DNA of 64,000 nucleotides from Azolla caroliniana (Eukaryota; Plantae; Polypodiophyta): NCBI GenBank assembly GCA_043228905.1, contig JBHGNT010000009.1, positions 21,018,001 to 21,082,000 of the forward strand, read 5' to 3'. Shown piece by piece: positions 49,142 to 62,459 of this stretch (position 1 is its first letter; each line of letters starts with the position of its first letter). The notes under the pieces were generated by a model. It saw only the letters and a program-made list of their open reading frames with translations, ran no database searches and was not told where the DNA came from. The position numbers and the translations under genes were made by a program.

Positions 49142-50599
49142 ACGCAGGGCCTAATCCTACGCAAGTTGAATATTTCCTTGGACTAACTACTAAGTGTTGT
49201 TGAACCACATTTAAAATTGCTCATAGCATTGGAAATATGTGGCTACAACGAGTTCAAGGGTGTCTTCTGAAGGGATTGTGGGTATTGTTCGATCGAAATG
49301 GTTCTGGATGTAAGGGTCAAATTGGGCAACATGTAATTAGGTGGATGGAAGTATATTTTTCAAAACAGTACAACATTATGCCTACGACAGGAAGACTTCA
49401 TTTGTCAGATAACTTTACTTGAAGGGAAGTTTACCAATCATACAAGGACGACATGTCGGTAGATGGTGCACCTTACGTATAGTATAGAAATTTTAATCGG
49501 TTGTGGAGGTTACAATTTAACAATGTGATTATCCCACGAAAGGTGAGAATGGGAGTCTATTCAATATGTGCAAGTTTAAAAAGTATGGCAAAGGGTGGAA
49601 AATCAGATGTAGAGATAAGGAATTACAAGAACCTATTAAAAGAACATCGTGAAAGTCGGCCATTGGAACGTTCTAAGGCTATGCATCACCGACAAAAAGT
49701 GCTTCAATCTCCAGAAAAGTATATGTGCATGATTATTGATGGCATGGATCAAAAGAAGACTTGTTTGCCGCATTTCCAACGACTCCCAAAAGATATTGGA
49801 GATGAGTGCCTCGTGCAAATGCATCTAGTAGGGTGTTTGACATATTGTCAAACAATAAGGCCACAAGTATTCTTAACTTATCCCAATATCCACAACGACC
49901 CTAATCTTATTGTCACCGTCATGCACAGAGTATTGCAATCATGGTCCTGCATAGTACCTCCAGTTCTATACATACAACTAGACAACACAACAAGAGAGAA
50001 TAAAAACTCAACTGTCTTCGGCTATCTAAGCATGCTAGTAGAGAGGGGCATATTTAAAAAGATAAAGGTCAACTTCTTATTAGTTGGTCATACCCATGAT
50101 CACATAGATCAAATGTTTAGTAGGTTCTCAAAGAATTTAGCTTGTTGTAATGCTTTCACGCTTACCACGCTATCCAAATTGATAAGTGAAGCATATACAC
50201 CAAAGCCTGAGGTACATCACTTGAATGAAGTGTATGACTTTAAACGTTTCTGCATGGATAGTGATAGGACTAAATGTAGGGTGCTTGCACCTCTTAATAA
50301 TATAAGTTTCAACCATGTTTTCCTCATAAAACATGTTTAAAAACAGGGGTTCAGCTTGGCCTTAGTCAAGGTAAACAACACCATTTACGGATTCATAATT
50401 CAGTTCTCGTTCTCTTTACTACTTTCTCTCTCTCTTTCTTATTATCTTGTCTATGATATCTATCGCTCTCTTTATATTGAGCCTCGTCTATTTGTCCATG
50501 ACATTGAGCTTGTCTTAGTCTATCAAACTGATAGATACACACTCTCTCTATCTCACTCAAGTCACTCAGACAACAACACCAAAGTTGGAGGCTCTCTTC

Positions 50600-51800
50600 A
50601 CTTATATGGATGAAATCCTTAAGAAGGGGTTCATTCAACCATCTAAGCTGCCAACAAGAGCCCCATTTTATTCATAAAAAAGAAGGATGGCTCGTTTTGT
50701 TTGTATATCAACTATCGTGGCCTCATTAAAATCACAGTACATAATTGATACCCATTAACTTTCATTCTAGAGCTCCTCGACCACATTTAAACTAGTCATT
50801 CTTCCCTAAAAATTGATTTACATGGAGTGTACAATCTAGTTCCTATCAAGTCGATGGTAAATGGAAAACGACATTCCAAGTGCGTTATGGCTATTTCGAA
50901 TACAAGCTTTTTGGCATCACCAATGCTCTGACAATTTTTCAACATATGATGAATGACATATGTCGGGAGTATCTAGATCATTTTGCCATTATCTTCGTTC
51001 ACAATATTCTAGTCTTCTGATTGAGCATGGAATAACACACTAGACAAGTGTAGTTGGTCATCGCCAAGCTTTCGAAACGTGGACTATATGCCAAAAGAGA
51101 GAAATATGAGTTTAATCATAGTTCCATGGAATTCCTTGGCTATGTCATCTTGTATTAGGGAATCACGATAGGTACATGGAAGGTTAAGTCTATTCAAGAA
51201 TGGGCCACTCTAACTCGTCTAAAAGATGTGCAATCATTCCTCTAGTTTCTGAGTTTTTATCGAGGGATTCCCGATAATTGCACTAACTATTGATACTAGT
51301 TCTTATGCACACAAATGCTCCCTTTCACTAGACTACAGATGCCCAAAACGCCTTGAAGTTATTAGATGAGGCACTCATCATTGCCCTTTTTTTCTTGCAT
51401 CCTAACCCACCCAAGCCCTTTGTTGTTGAAACTTATGCCCCTAATTTTGCGATTGCAACCATCCTATCTTAGCCTAATGATACTAACATTTTTCATCCAA
51501 CAACCTACTACTCTAGAAAGTTCGTTGCTCTACAAATCAACTAACTAAAGCTCATTGGTCAACATTTTCAGCTAGTTATGATGTTGAAATATTATATCTG
51601 CCTGGGACCCAACCGATGAAGGTTGATGCACTTCTTGAAGGTCAAAATTTGAGCTCCAGCTAGGGGATGAAGCCTATGACAATTAATCCTAATGTTTGTG
51701 GAAGCTAGATCAATTCCACACATTCAAGAATATAGTCGATGGATGGGCGGCCTACAAATTCGTAAATGAAATTAACATGTAGGATAAGAATAGGATGGAA
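50600..51800 (+). mobile_element. Highly degenerate Gypsy RT/RNase H remnant
   Basis: KKGFIQPS..FIKKKDGSFCLYINYRGL and FGITNA..FQHMMNDI. The 3' part is paralogous to 26930-27180 and 30230-30470. Confidence 0.75.
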
Positions 51801-54135
51801 GTCAGTTGGTTCAAAGTCAAGAATAGATTTGTAAATAAGGACAATCTTTTATATGTCTTGAAGGACCAAGTCGAGAGTTGATTGCCTTGATTTGATAGTG
51901 TCATTCATATTGATGCAAAAAACAAAAGTTTGACGTCATGACCATCGTCACTTTGGGCTTGGGGTCAACCCAATTCTCTTAAGTTTGTAAGCTTAGTAAC
52001 ATGTGTTGTTAGTTCACTAAGTTACATTATGTTGATCATGTGATTTATTTTCAAGTTATTGTTACCAATGAGAATATCAATTTTCAATTATTCAGTTTAT
52101 GATCCCAATCCTTCTTCACTTCATTTATAAGAGACATACTTTGAGATACATAAAATCTTTTATTTATCTCTCATGGAATCTAGTTGTCCATGAACCCACC
52201 AAACATACTGAGGTGCATACACATTAATTTTGAAACATGTTCGTATTGAATCATAAAGGCATGTATCTTCACCAAGCTCTCTCAAACCAAGTTGAGTTAC
52301 ATGAGTTGTTGGCCCAATTTACATTGCATTGACTATTCAATTTATTTTCATGTTATTGTTTGGCCTTTAAAACATATTGATCGCTAGTGAGAATGTCTTT
52401 TTTCAATTGTTTAGTTTATGATCCCAATCCATCTTTACCATATATAAAAGACATAGTTCCGGATATCTAAAACCTTTTGTTTCATCTAGCACACAATCTA
52501 GTTGTTCATGAACACATGAGAGACACAGGTTCATTAGCATTATGTTTGCAAACTAATCATTGGCAAAGATGTGGACCTGCAACATGGTCATACTAGAACT
52601 CAAAGGCATATATCTTCACCAACACATTTGAAACAGACAATTTGAACCACATTCCAATGTTAGAATTAAGTGCATCGAATTCCAGTTTGTCAGTTGAACC
52701 ATGTGCTACAATTGAAGTTGAAATGTATTTGTTTAGACCATACCCCAACCGTTTCTGAATGTGCATAAATTGCAACGATATTGATGTGAGTGAGTTTGTA
52801 GTTGACTATCCTTCTAGCGAAACTAACATCTTGTCCAAGGACTTGACTTTTGATTTTTTTTGTGTATCTGTCTTTTCACCTATGCTTAATTCAATAAAAG
52901 TGAGGTATCTTTCATTCTCATGCACATTAACATCACAAACACCCACATAACTATGCCTTGATTCAAGAAATGACACACTCTCTTGGTGAGAATCTGTGGG
53001 CACTTTGGTGGTGCGATTCTATAAGTTAAAATTGTCGGGTTCAACCTATAATGAATGGGTGAGGAAAATCACATGCCAACGTATAATGGCCAAGATATAT
53101 GTATTGCATAATATGGGTAACGATGACACATACATAATAATATGGAATAGTGATGTATATTCCACATAGATTAGGTTAGATATTTATTGATGTACAATGT
53201 ATATAGATAACATTAGATGTTTATGGGTGTACATAGATTAGGTTAGATATTTATTTGGTTTTAGAGATAAGGAGACACGTGGAGGCTGTACAGAACACGT
53301 GAATGTGGCAAGAATCTTCCGTACCACATTTGGCTCTTTTCTTCTCATTTCTGCTTTTCACAATTATGTCGAAAACGTCTTTCTCTTTGTGTTCTGTATC
53401 TCTTATCCGAATGAAGAAAGCGAAGGTACAAAGGAGGGGGTGGGAAATCAATCCTTTTCTCTTCTGTACTATATGTATCTCGCCCTCCATCAGCAACAAC
53501 TTCCTTCAATGAGAACCCTAAACCCAAAATCCTAAACCCTAGGCCCCAGAACCTAGACACTAGACCCTAGAACCTAGGCCCTGGGCTCTCCCATCAATGG
53601 ACACTATGGAATTCATAACTTCACCTTCTCGACCTTACCTAACCTTACCTCACCTTCTCGACCCAGATGAAGTCGCGCACGGTCGCCCATGGGGTGCTCT
53701 ACAATGCGGATGAGGCTGGCTTGGCCATGCTACGTGCTCCCAATGGCCGCTTCTGGCAAATCACGAGTCCAGTTACATTGTGGCAGATCGCGAGACCACA
53801 CCCACTAGCCCCACTTCCGACCCCGAGTGCTACTTCAAGCTCTTCCGTAATGCCACCGGACACCTTCTCTTCCAAACCGTGCTTGATGGCAAGTATCTCA
53901 AGTGGCTTGACCTAAGTCACTATCTCGTTCCGAACCCCTTCCATGCATTTGGATCCAACTTCACCGATCTCAGTGCGGCCATCTGGGACACCTCAGCCGT
54001 CGATGATGCCGTGGTTCTTCCACGCTATGTCATGTTCTTGGGTGACAACAACATGTAAGTTTCTAGTCATTTCACTAATGGCACGCCATGGTACGGCACA
54101 GCCCAGATATGAGTATCATGATGCATGAAAAATTT

Positions 54136-54510
54136 GTTAGAAAATATTAAATATTAGAAATAATTGGCGTTTAATATAAATAAGAAAGATATCGTAAATA
54201 AATCAAAGGAGAAATAAATAATGTAACAACCTATTCTTATGACTTTTGGTCACAATGATGCTTACAACACATTTGACGCTAGAGAGATTTGTTCACCATG
54301 AACCTTCCCACTACAAACTTCCCTATTATCTCTTCTACCTATGAAATGTAACTAATACCTACCGTGATCATAATGTAGTCTCTTCTACCTATAAAATGTA
54401 ACTAATACCTACCATGATCATAATGTAGTCTCTTCTACCTATAAAATGTAACTAACACCTACCGTGATCATGATGTAGTCGCTCTTTTACTTTAAATTCC
54501 TATACAATTC
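54136..54510 (+). mobile_element. Older solo-LTR-like Copia remnant in the lectin intron, with three copies of an internal repeat of about 60 bp
   Basis: TGTTAGAA..TAATGTAAC.ACCTATT..ATGAAC.TTCCCA.TACAA.CTTCCCTAT is colinear with the LTR at 55048. Confidence 0.7.
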
Positions 54511-55047
54511 ATGGATACCGGTGCCTACATTGATCAATGTATTTCAGGTATGTGGGGAACCACAATGAAAGTGGAAGTGAACGAAACTGGCTCAAGTTCA
54601 ACAAGGAGTCACCCCAATTGTCCGCTAGTCATGAGATCATCCCTCTTCTCGATGGCAATCTCGCGGTGTGTAGCATAAGCATCCAGAAGTTCTGGAGGCG
54701 GAGCCCCGACTGGATATGGGCGGACATCGATAACTTCTCCGATGCTCAAGATGACATAGAATGCCATTTCGATATGGTCAAGCTCAGCAACACGGTACCA
54801 TGCTCGCCTTCCACTCTCTCGCCAACAATTGCTTGCTCAAGAGATACTCCAAGTATTGGGACGATATGTTGTGTGCCAATGGCAGCAGTATCGACGATAT
54901 TACCTCTCGCCTGATTGTGAAGGAAGCCGCGCTCAGCCGCAAGCTCTTCAACATAAATTACCTGCTTAATCTGGCCGAGGTAACCGAGATCACGCCGGTT
55001 CTTGTCGGATCGGGATCCATGTTCAACACTCCAATCCAAGTCACTCT

Positions 55048-58000
55048 TGTTAGAATATTAAAATGTTAATATTAGAAATAAGACGTTATTAGAAATAGGA
55101 AATATATCATAAAGAGAGAAAGAAAAACTAACTAATGTAACCACCTATTATGTGACTTTTATTCACACAACCATTGGTTAGAAAGTTACCTTCATGTGAG
55201 ATTTAATCACAATGAACGTTCCCATTACAAGCTTCCCTATGATCTCTATTGTCTATAAAATGTAACATCTACCATGAACACATGTAATCTTTCATTCTTC
55301 ATAATATATTAAGTCATATGTATCCACATGTTATTCTTTGTTAGATAGTACCTTAAATTACTATGTGGTATCATAGCCCTCTAATAGTAATTAAGGAACA
55401 ACCATCAAGAAGATCAATCCGGAAGATCTACGAAGATGGAGTCTAACACAAGTTCAACAAACAAAACAACGCCCATGACAAGAAAGTACACCATGGAGAA
55501 ACTCAATGACAAAAATTATAGAATGTGGAAATTAAGGATGAGTTTAATCCTCGAAAGAGCACAATTAATCGACATTGTGAAAGGTAAAATACCACAACCT
55601 AAAACCACCCCAGAATTGGAAGAATGGAAAAATAAAGATTTATATTGTTGCATGGAATTAGTTATGCATCTAACTGATGAACAAATAGATTTAGTAAAAG
55701 ATTTAGAAACATCAAAAGAAATATGGGATGCCTAGAAGGAATGCCACGAACCCTCAGACAGAACAACAAAGATTAACACCTTAAGACACCTTGTCACATT
55801 GGAAATGGAAGAAAGTGAAGGAATTGACACATTCATCAGAAAATGGTAGTTAGCCCTCAAGCAAGCATTATCAACAGGTAATAAAATTGATGAAGATATG
55901 AAATTCGATTTTATTTTGGGTGCTTTACCAGATTCGTGGGACACCTTTGTCACCACACATGGAAATGATGACACTTCGAACATGAAGAATATGTTTCTAA
56001 AAATGAAAAGAGAAGAGATTCGAAGAATAAAGGGCAAGGCGAAACACAACGATGGATCAATGGCAATGAGCGCGATTACAAGATTTCAAAAATCTAACTT
56101 CTCAAAGCCAAGATTTCAAAAGTTTCAAAGGTCATACAAGCCAAATCAACCATCAAAGCAAGGAGCACTCAATGTTTCTACAATCATATGTAGATATTGC
56201 AACAAAACGGGACACATGGAAAGAGAATGTCATCAGAAGCAATATGACCAAAAACAAAGGCAAAAGATATAATGCCCAAGCACATTCTGCATTAATACCT
56301 AATGAAGAAGAAGACACATCCTTCATACAAGCATTCATGTCAGAAGTACAAACTAACAAAATTCAAATGGAAAGATTATGGTACTTTGACACCGGAGCCA
56401 CCCACCATCTCACCCATAGTCGAGAATGGTTACATAATTATAAACCACTCCATCATCCACTTGAGCTATGCTTCGGAGATAATGGTATGAAGCTAGTTCT
56501 TGGAAAAGGTACAATTTATCTATCAATAAATAACAAATCGAAAATTACAATCTCGAATGTTTACTTTGTCCCCAGCTTAGCAAAGAACTTACTATCTGTA
56601 AGTGAGGCTACATCAAATGGAACAATAATCGAATTTCATTACAATTGTGCTATAATTCGTTACAAGTTACCTACGGGAGATATAATTAAAACAACATGTC
56701 CGAAAATCGGAAAATTGTATCCATTAAAGATGATGGATCATTCGCCAGTTGAAGCATACATAGCTTCAAGCCATCAACAAGATGATCAAACGTTGATATG
56801 GCACCATCGACTAGGCCACCTACACCCCAAATCAATGAAGACAATTCAAAAACATAAGCTTGTTGAAGGTATTCCAACTAAAACATTTCAGTATTTATCT
56901 ATTTGTGAAGGATGTATTTACGGGAAGCAAAGTAGAAGAAAGTTCCCTCACCATATTCATCAAATAGAGAGGGCACTCCAAATCATCCATTTTGACTTAT
57001 GTGGGCCGCTACAAATACCTTCAATAACCGGTAATCGATATTTCATTACCTTTATTGATGACTTTACTACATTCACCATAATTTACTTCATGAAGAGTAA
57101 AGTCGGTGCTTTCAATGCCTTCAAAACCTATAAAGCACTTGCTGAAAACCAATGTCAATCTCAAATTAAAACAATTAGAACAGATAATGGTGGAGAATAT
57201 TGTTCAAATGAATGGAAGACATTTTGTAAGACACAAGGAATAACACATGAGTTTACAACTTCATACAATCCACAACAAAATGGTGTGGCAGAGCGAAAGA
57301 ATAGGACGCTACTAGATGCGAGCAGGAGCATGCTTCAAGTGGTTGGCCTACAAAACAAGTTTTGGCAAGAAGCCATCTCTACGGCATGTTATTTACAAAA
57401 CCAATCTCCCCACAAGGTACTAGGATTGAATACACCTTTTTCCTTATGGTTTGGAAGGAAACCTAATGTGGGACACTTAAGATATTTGGTGCAATAGCTT
57501 ATAGTCATATTTCTCCTAAGTTAAGAAAAAAATTAGACCCCCATAGTATTAAATGTATAATGGTAGGATATGGCGAATCCGAGGGGATAAAGGGATATAA
57601 ATTATTTAACCCACAAAATAATAAATTTATATATAATCGATTCGTCATTTTTGACGAACAAATAGTATCCCCAAAATACCCTAGAAACTTACAAAACATT
57701 CCCCTTATACATTATGTAAATAATCATGAATATGGGAAGGAGCATGTCAATAACATGAGAGAATCATTAGAATTAGAAGAGTTCAAAGAAGAAGAGGAGA
57801 GCCAAGAGGTACATAAAATCAAGATAATTAAGAATTTACCAAATAGAAATATAATGCACACATCCACAAGCATAGCACAAGAAGTGGATGGTAATGCTAG
57901 AGAGGTTGGTGGTGGCATTATAATAGAAGACAACATAGAGGTGGAACATCGTAACAATGACAACGGTGATGGCATGGTGGAGCTAAGAGAAAATGAAAGG

Positions 58001-60356
58001 AATGATACTCCCACTACTAGCATAAACAACCACTCTTATAGCTTTTCATCTCCCACCAATTCTTGGCAAACCCCAACTGAAAATTCTGTTTTCTCCCCCA
58101 CTTTTCTAAATTCAAAATTTTCAAACTCTATCCCTTCAAAACCAACTTTTCTAAATTTAAACTCTACCTTTCCACAATCCATTTTCTCAAATTCGTCAAA
58201 TCAAACCTTAGGATTTCCACACCAATCAACTCAAGCTTTAGGATCCTCTTCAAAAGATATATCTCAAGGTGACACCACTCCAATTGAAAATATAGCGAGC
58301 CCTATACCTATGAAGAAAAAGAAGTATAGATCCCTAAATGAGATTTATGAGATAACCAATCCTATGGAAGCACTAATGGTGGATTTAGATGAAGAGAATG
58401 AATACAATCAAAATCATGAACCACAAGCCCCTTTCGACAACATCCACCCATCGGTTAAAGATGCATTACAAAGCCCCGAACGTCTTCAATGGCAAATAGC
58501 CATGCAAGCGGAAATCGATGCACTAGAAAAGAATGGCACATGGAGTTTAGTGCCTCGACCCAATGGTAAGAATATTATTTCTTGCAAATGGGTACTCACA
58601 AAGAAATTTGATTCCAATGGAAAGTTGGATAGATTGAAGGCCCGCCTAGTTGCAAGAGGATTTACCCAAATCCATGGCATCGATTACAAAGATAACTTTG
58701 AAGATGGTTCCAATGCGCCTAATATTTAGCATTACCGTAGGTCTAAATCTCGAGCTTCATCATATTGACATCGAGACCGCCTTCTTGCATGGAGACCTTG
58801 ATGAAGAAATATATATGGAACAACCTCCATACTTTGTAAGCTCAACAATCCCTCATTACGTATGTAAATTACATAAATCACTATATGGATTAAGACAATC
58901 ATCTCGAATGTGGCACCACAAACTTCACACTTATCTTGAAGCTATTGGATTTAGAGGCCTTCAAGCCGAGCCAACTTTATACATTCGGAAGGAACACACA
59001 AATTTTGTTATCATTGATGTATATGCAGATGATTTGCCAATTGCTTCAAATTCCACCAAATGCATGTAACAAGTTATCAATCAACTAAAAGAAAAGTTCC
59101 CCATGAAGGATCTTGGACCGATGGAACACTTCCCCGGCATCAAAGTCACACAAAATAGAATAAAGGGTACACTCTCTCTATCTCAAAAGAAGTTAGTAGA
59201 AGAAATCCTCCAGAAATTTGAAGTGATGGATTGCAAACCCATCTCCACGCCAATGACCGTACCTTGCAAATTATCCACAAATGATAGTCCAAAATCAATT
59301 GAAGAGGAGCAAGTCATGGCTTCCCTTCCTTATCGACAAATTCTTGGAAGTGTGCGATACCTTGTAAGTTGTACTTCACCCGACTTATCATATAGTGCCG
59401 GTTTCCTATCTAGATTCATGCAAAATCCGGGTATTGCACATCGGCAAGCCTTGAAACGTGTCCTTCGATATCTAGAACATACGAAGCACATATCACTCAC
59501 TTACCAAGGTTTCCAATCATCGAATATGTCCCAACTTAGTGGATGGATGCATGGTCCACTTCTAGGTTGGACAGATTCGGATTGGGGGGGGGGGGGGGGG
59601 GGGGCATCGATACCTCCCGATCTACATCAGGAATGGTTTTCACTTTTGCCGGTGAAGCAATCACTTGGCGAACTAAAACACAATCTTCCGTTGCACTTTC
59701 AAGCACCGAAGTGGAGTATATTGCTGCAGCCCTTACCGCAAAAGAAGGCCTTTGGATAAAGACAATCATTGAAGAACTTGATATCTTTGAACTAAAAGAA
59801 ATGACAGTATTTTGTGATAATCAATCAACAATAAAACTTGCAACAAATCCAAAGATAACCAATCAAAACAAACATATTCGAGAGCGTCATCATTTTATAA
59901 GAGACTTGGTCGAAGCAAAAGAAATGTCACTCCAATACACTTCAACTACAACCATGTGGGCTGATTTCCTCACTAAACCCGTACCTCAACACAAGCATTG
60001 GATATGTTGTTCGAAGATAGGACTCAAATTAGAGAAACCAAATAAATAGGTTGCTTACATTAAGGGGGGGTGTTAGAATATTAAAATATTAATATTAGAA
60101 ATAAGACGTTATTAGAAATAGGAAATATATCATAAATAAAGAAAATAAAACTAACTAATGTAACCACCTATTACGCGACTTTTATTCACACAACCATTGG
60201 TTAGAAAGTTACCTTCATGTGAGATTTAATCACAATGAACGTTCCCATTACAAGCTTCCCTATGATCTCTATTGCCTATAAAATGTAACATCTACCATGA
60301 ACACATGTAATCTTTCATTCTTCGTAATATATTAAGTCATATGTATCCACATGTTA
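55048..60356 (+). mobile_element. Ty1/Copia retrotransposon, near full length, degenerate
   Basis: LTRs at 55048-about 55363 and 60071-60356, about 97% identical, with the 3' LTR missing its last ~30 bp. PBS TGGTATCATAGC (tRNA-Met-like) at 55366 and PPT AAGGGGGGG. Gag CRYCNKTGHMEREC, PR YFDTGAT, IN RTDNGGEY, RT YADD and RNase H are present. Confidence 0.96.
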
Positions 60357-61199
60357 CAATTCGTGTCCAATACGGAGAAGTGGTCCACATCCATCACCTT
60401 CAACACCTCCCTAACAGTGAGCTTCACCGTCGGCGTCCCGGAGGTGGCCTCCGCCAATGCCAGCATCACTGTGAGCACCGAAAGAACCATCGCCACAAAG
60501 ATGGACGCCACCATATCCAATACGACGTTTGTTCTAGGCGACATAGAATATTTCAAGAATGTTTTACACACCAATAGTCAATCTTTCTACAATGTTATAG
60601 ACGTCGTATATAAACCTTCTAGAATATTTATTCTAGAGACATGCGACGTGAGTAATTTCATTTTGCCATGTGTATGCTCCTTGACGATGTTTGTTCTTTT
60701 TTGTTTTAAGTAATTGCATGGGTTTTGATGTATGTAGGCCAAGGTAGAAGTGCAATGCACAACGGTCAAATGTCGCGTCCCCTTCACATACACGAGGAAA
60801 GACACGTGCATCAATGGCATTGAAATGCCCTCGGTCGAGAACATCGATGGCATCTTCGAAGGTGTGAATGCTTTCAATATATGTGGCGTTGTTACGACGG
60901 TCAAGAAAAATGACACGAAAAGTGGAGGCACAAAGAACATCCTACAAGTTTTGCAGAATGACACGAAAAGTGGAGGCATGGAGAAAATCCTACAAGTATT
61001 GTTCTGAATTCAACAATGACAGAGGATTCTCGCTTAACTTCTCAACCCTAATGACACCAGCTTCCTTCTCTAAGTGGCATTAGTCAATTATTAGACGCCT
61101 TTGTAACTTGGCTTTCTATGTTGCAACCTTGTGGTTTTGTCACTACAAACTTTAATAACATGTTGTGAAACTTATGTTTCAAATGGTCATTCTTATGAT

Positions 61200-61985
61200 T
61201 GTAATTTCTTCTTCATCTAAGTTGAATGTAATTGATACACACATAGTGCATTATAATTTATTCATGGTGACTACATGGGATTGACCTAATAAATATCACA
61301 CAAGCTCTTTCCCAATTTATTCTTTGGGAGAATTTCTGAAAGTAATAGAAAAAGATGAGCAATCTCCATTATTAGAAGATAAAAAGTGTGTAGAATTTAT
61401 ACATTGTGTGATACAATGGGTTGTAAGAAAATGGCAACTAGTGTAAAAAAAAAGAGGATATTATGTTAGGCACCATCTCATGAAAAGAAAACAAACTCTA
61501 CTTATATATTTAGACACTAGTATAGAAAAATGAGAAGAAAAGGAACAAGCTAAACTAGTCTAATGGGTGGCAAAAAGACCATCACCATATGTTTGGGATC
61601 AAGTCAAATGGGAGGCCAATTGGTTTATAGGGACTCTTCCAAGGGTGCGCTGCGATATATATTTGAAACTTTGAGTTCAAGGGATCAAACAATAATGATG
61701 AGTGAGGAGAAGGGAAGTGAGGATAACGAATTCATAAAAGATCATGAAGAAAATAAAGATGGGGCTAACATGAACCTAGCATTTGCAAACCATACAAATG
61801 ACACTATTTTCCCCCACATGAAAGCGATACAATCATTGAAGCACGTAATTGCCAAGTAAAATCGAAAAGGGAGACGATAAGGAAATAAATTTAGAGGTCA
61901 TGGAAGAGGTGGATGAGGCAAAATATCTTGGGGGAAGACCAATTGGCACCTTGACAAGTGTCATAGATGCCCCAAGTTAAAACCT
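61200..61985 (+). repeat. Paralogous 3' flank of the lectin locus (matches about 32820-33120 and 34015-34530)
   Basis: Shared GTGACTACATGGGATTGA..AAATATCACACAAGCTCTTT, CAAGTCAAATGGGAGG and AAAGATCATGAAGA segments. Confidence 0.75.
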
Positions 61986-62459
61986 CAAACCAAATAAAAT
62001 AGGATGCTAATGAGTAAGAATGGAAATGAAGTGGAGGGCTTAAACATGAACTATAAGTTGAAAAGGGACCCAATTGGAGTCACATGGCAAAATTTAGAAT
62101 GAGTCTAAATGCAAATTTAGGCAAAGGTTGATGTGTGAATCTAGAAGAACTAAAACTTTGGCATGGAAATATGGATGATAGAGAATGGAACGAAATGGGA
62201 AGTAAAAGGAAACACAAGAACTTAGTAGCAAGACATTGAACCAGGGTTACAAGGGATGACGGTAGTAGACACATATTAAATGAAGTGTTATATTGAGCAG
62301 GGGGGTCTATGGATCCCAAGGTGCAAGTTCATGGACATAAAAAATAGGAATATGGATAACGGAAAGGTTAGTGGTACAAAGATTGGAGGGCCTCCTCGCA
62401 CAACCCCATTGCCTCCACCATTTTTGGCACATGAAAATTTAATGTGTATGCACTAAAGA

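Larger units (their letters stand above)
41678..50340 (+). mobile_element. Sola-like DD(D/E) transposase, disabled and split by a Gypsy insertion
   Basis: The frame rejoins across the Gypsy (..KMDHNA|GPNPTQVEY..). Cys-rich N-part KTCCANLC. Catalytic-type motifs IIDGMDQ, LYIQLDNTTRENKN and FLLVGHTHDHIDQMFS. The superfamily name rests on motif recognition only. Confidence 0.8.
53597..61007 (+). pseudogene. Amaranthin-domain plus aerolysin-like pore-forming protein (Hfr-2-like), disrupted
   Basis: Two agglutinin domains (LRAPNGRFW; LPRYVMFLGDNNM|YVG; KFWRRSPDWIWAD) and an aerolysin-like S/T-rich C-terminus (TVSFTVGVPEV..CRVPFTYTRKD..DGIFEGVN). Intron at 54055-54547, an acceptor at about 60737, frameshifts near 53770 and 54795, and a Copia insertion. 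Confidence 0.82.

Noticed and set aside
37480-50360. TIRs/TSD of the MTase-transposase element
   Set aside because: None found; both ends abut other TE fragments, so the boundaries are not claimed.
59583-59604. Long poly-G run
   Set aside because: Homopolymer expansion or sequencing artefact frameshifting the Copia pol at the D-S-D-W-G motif.
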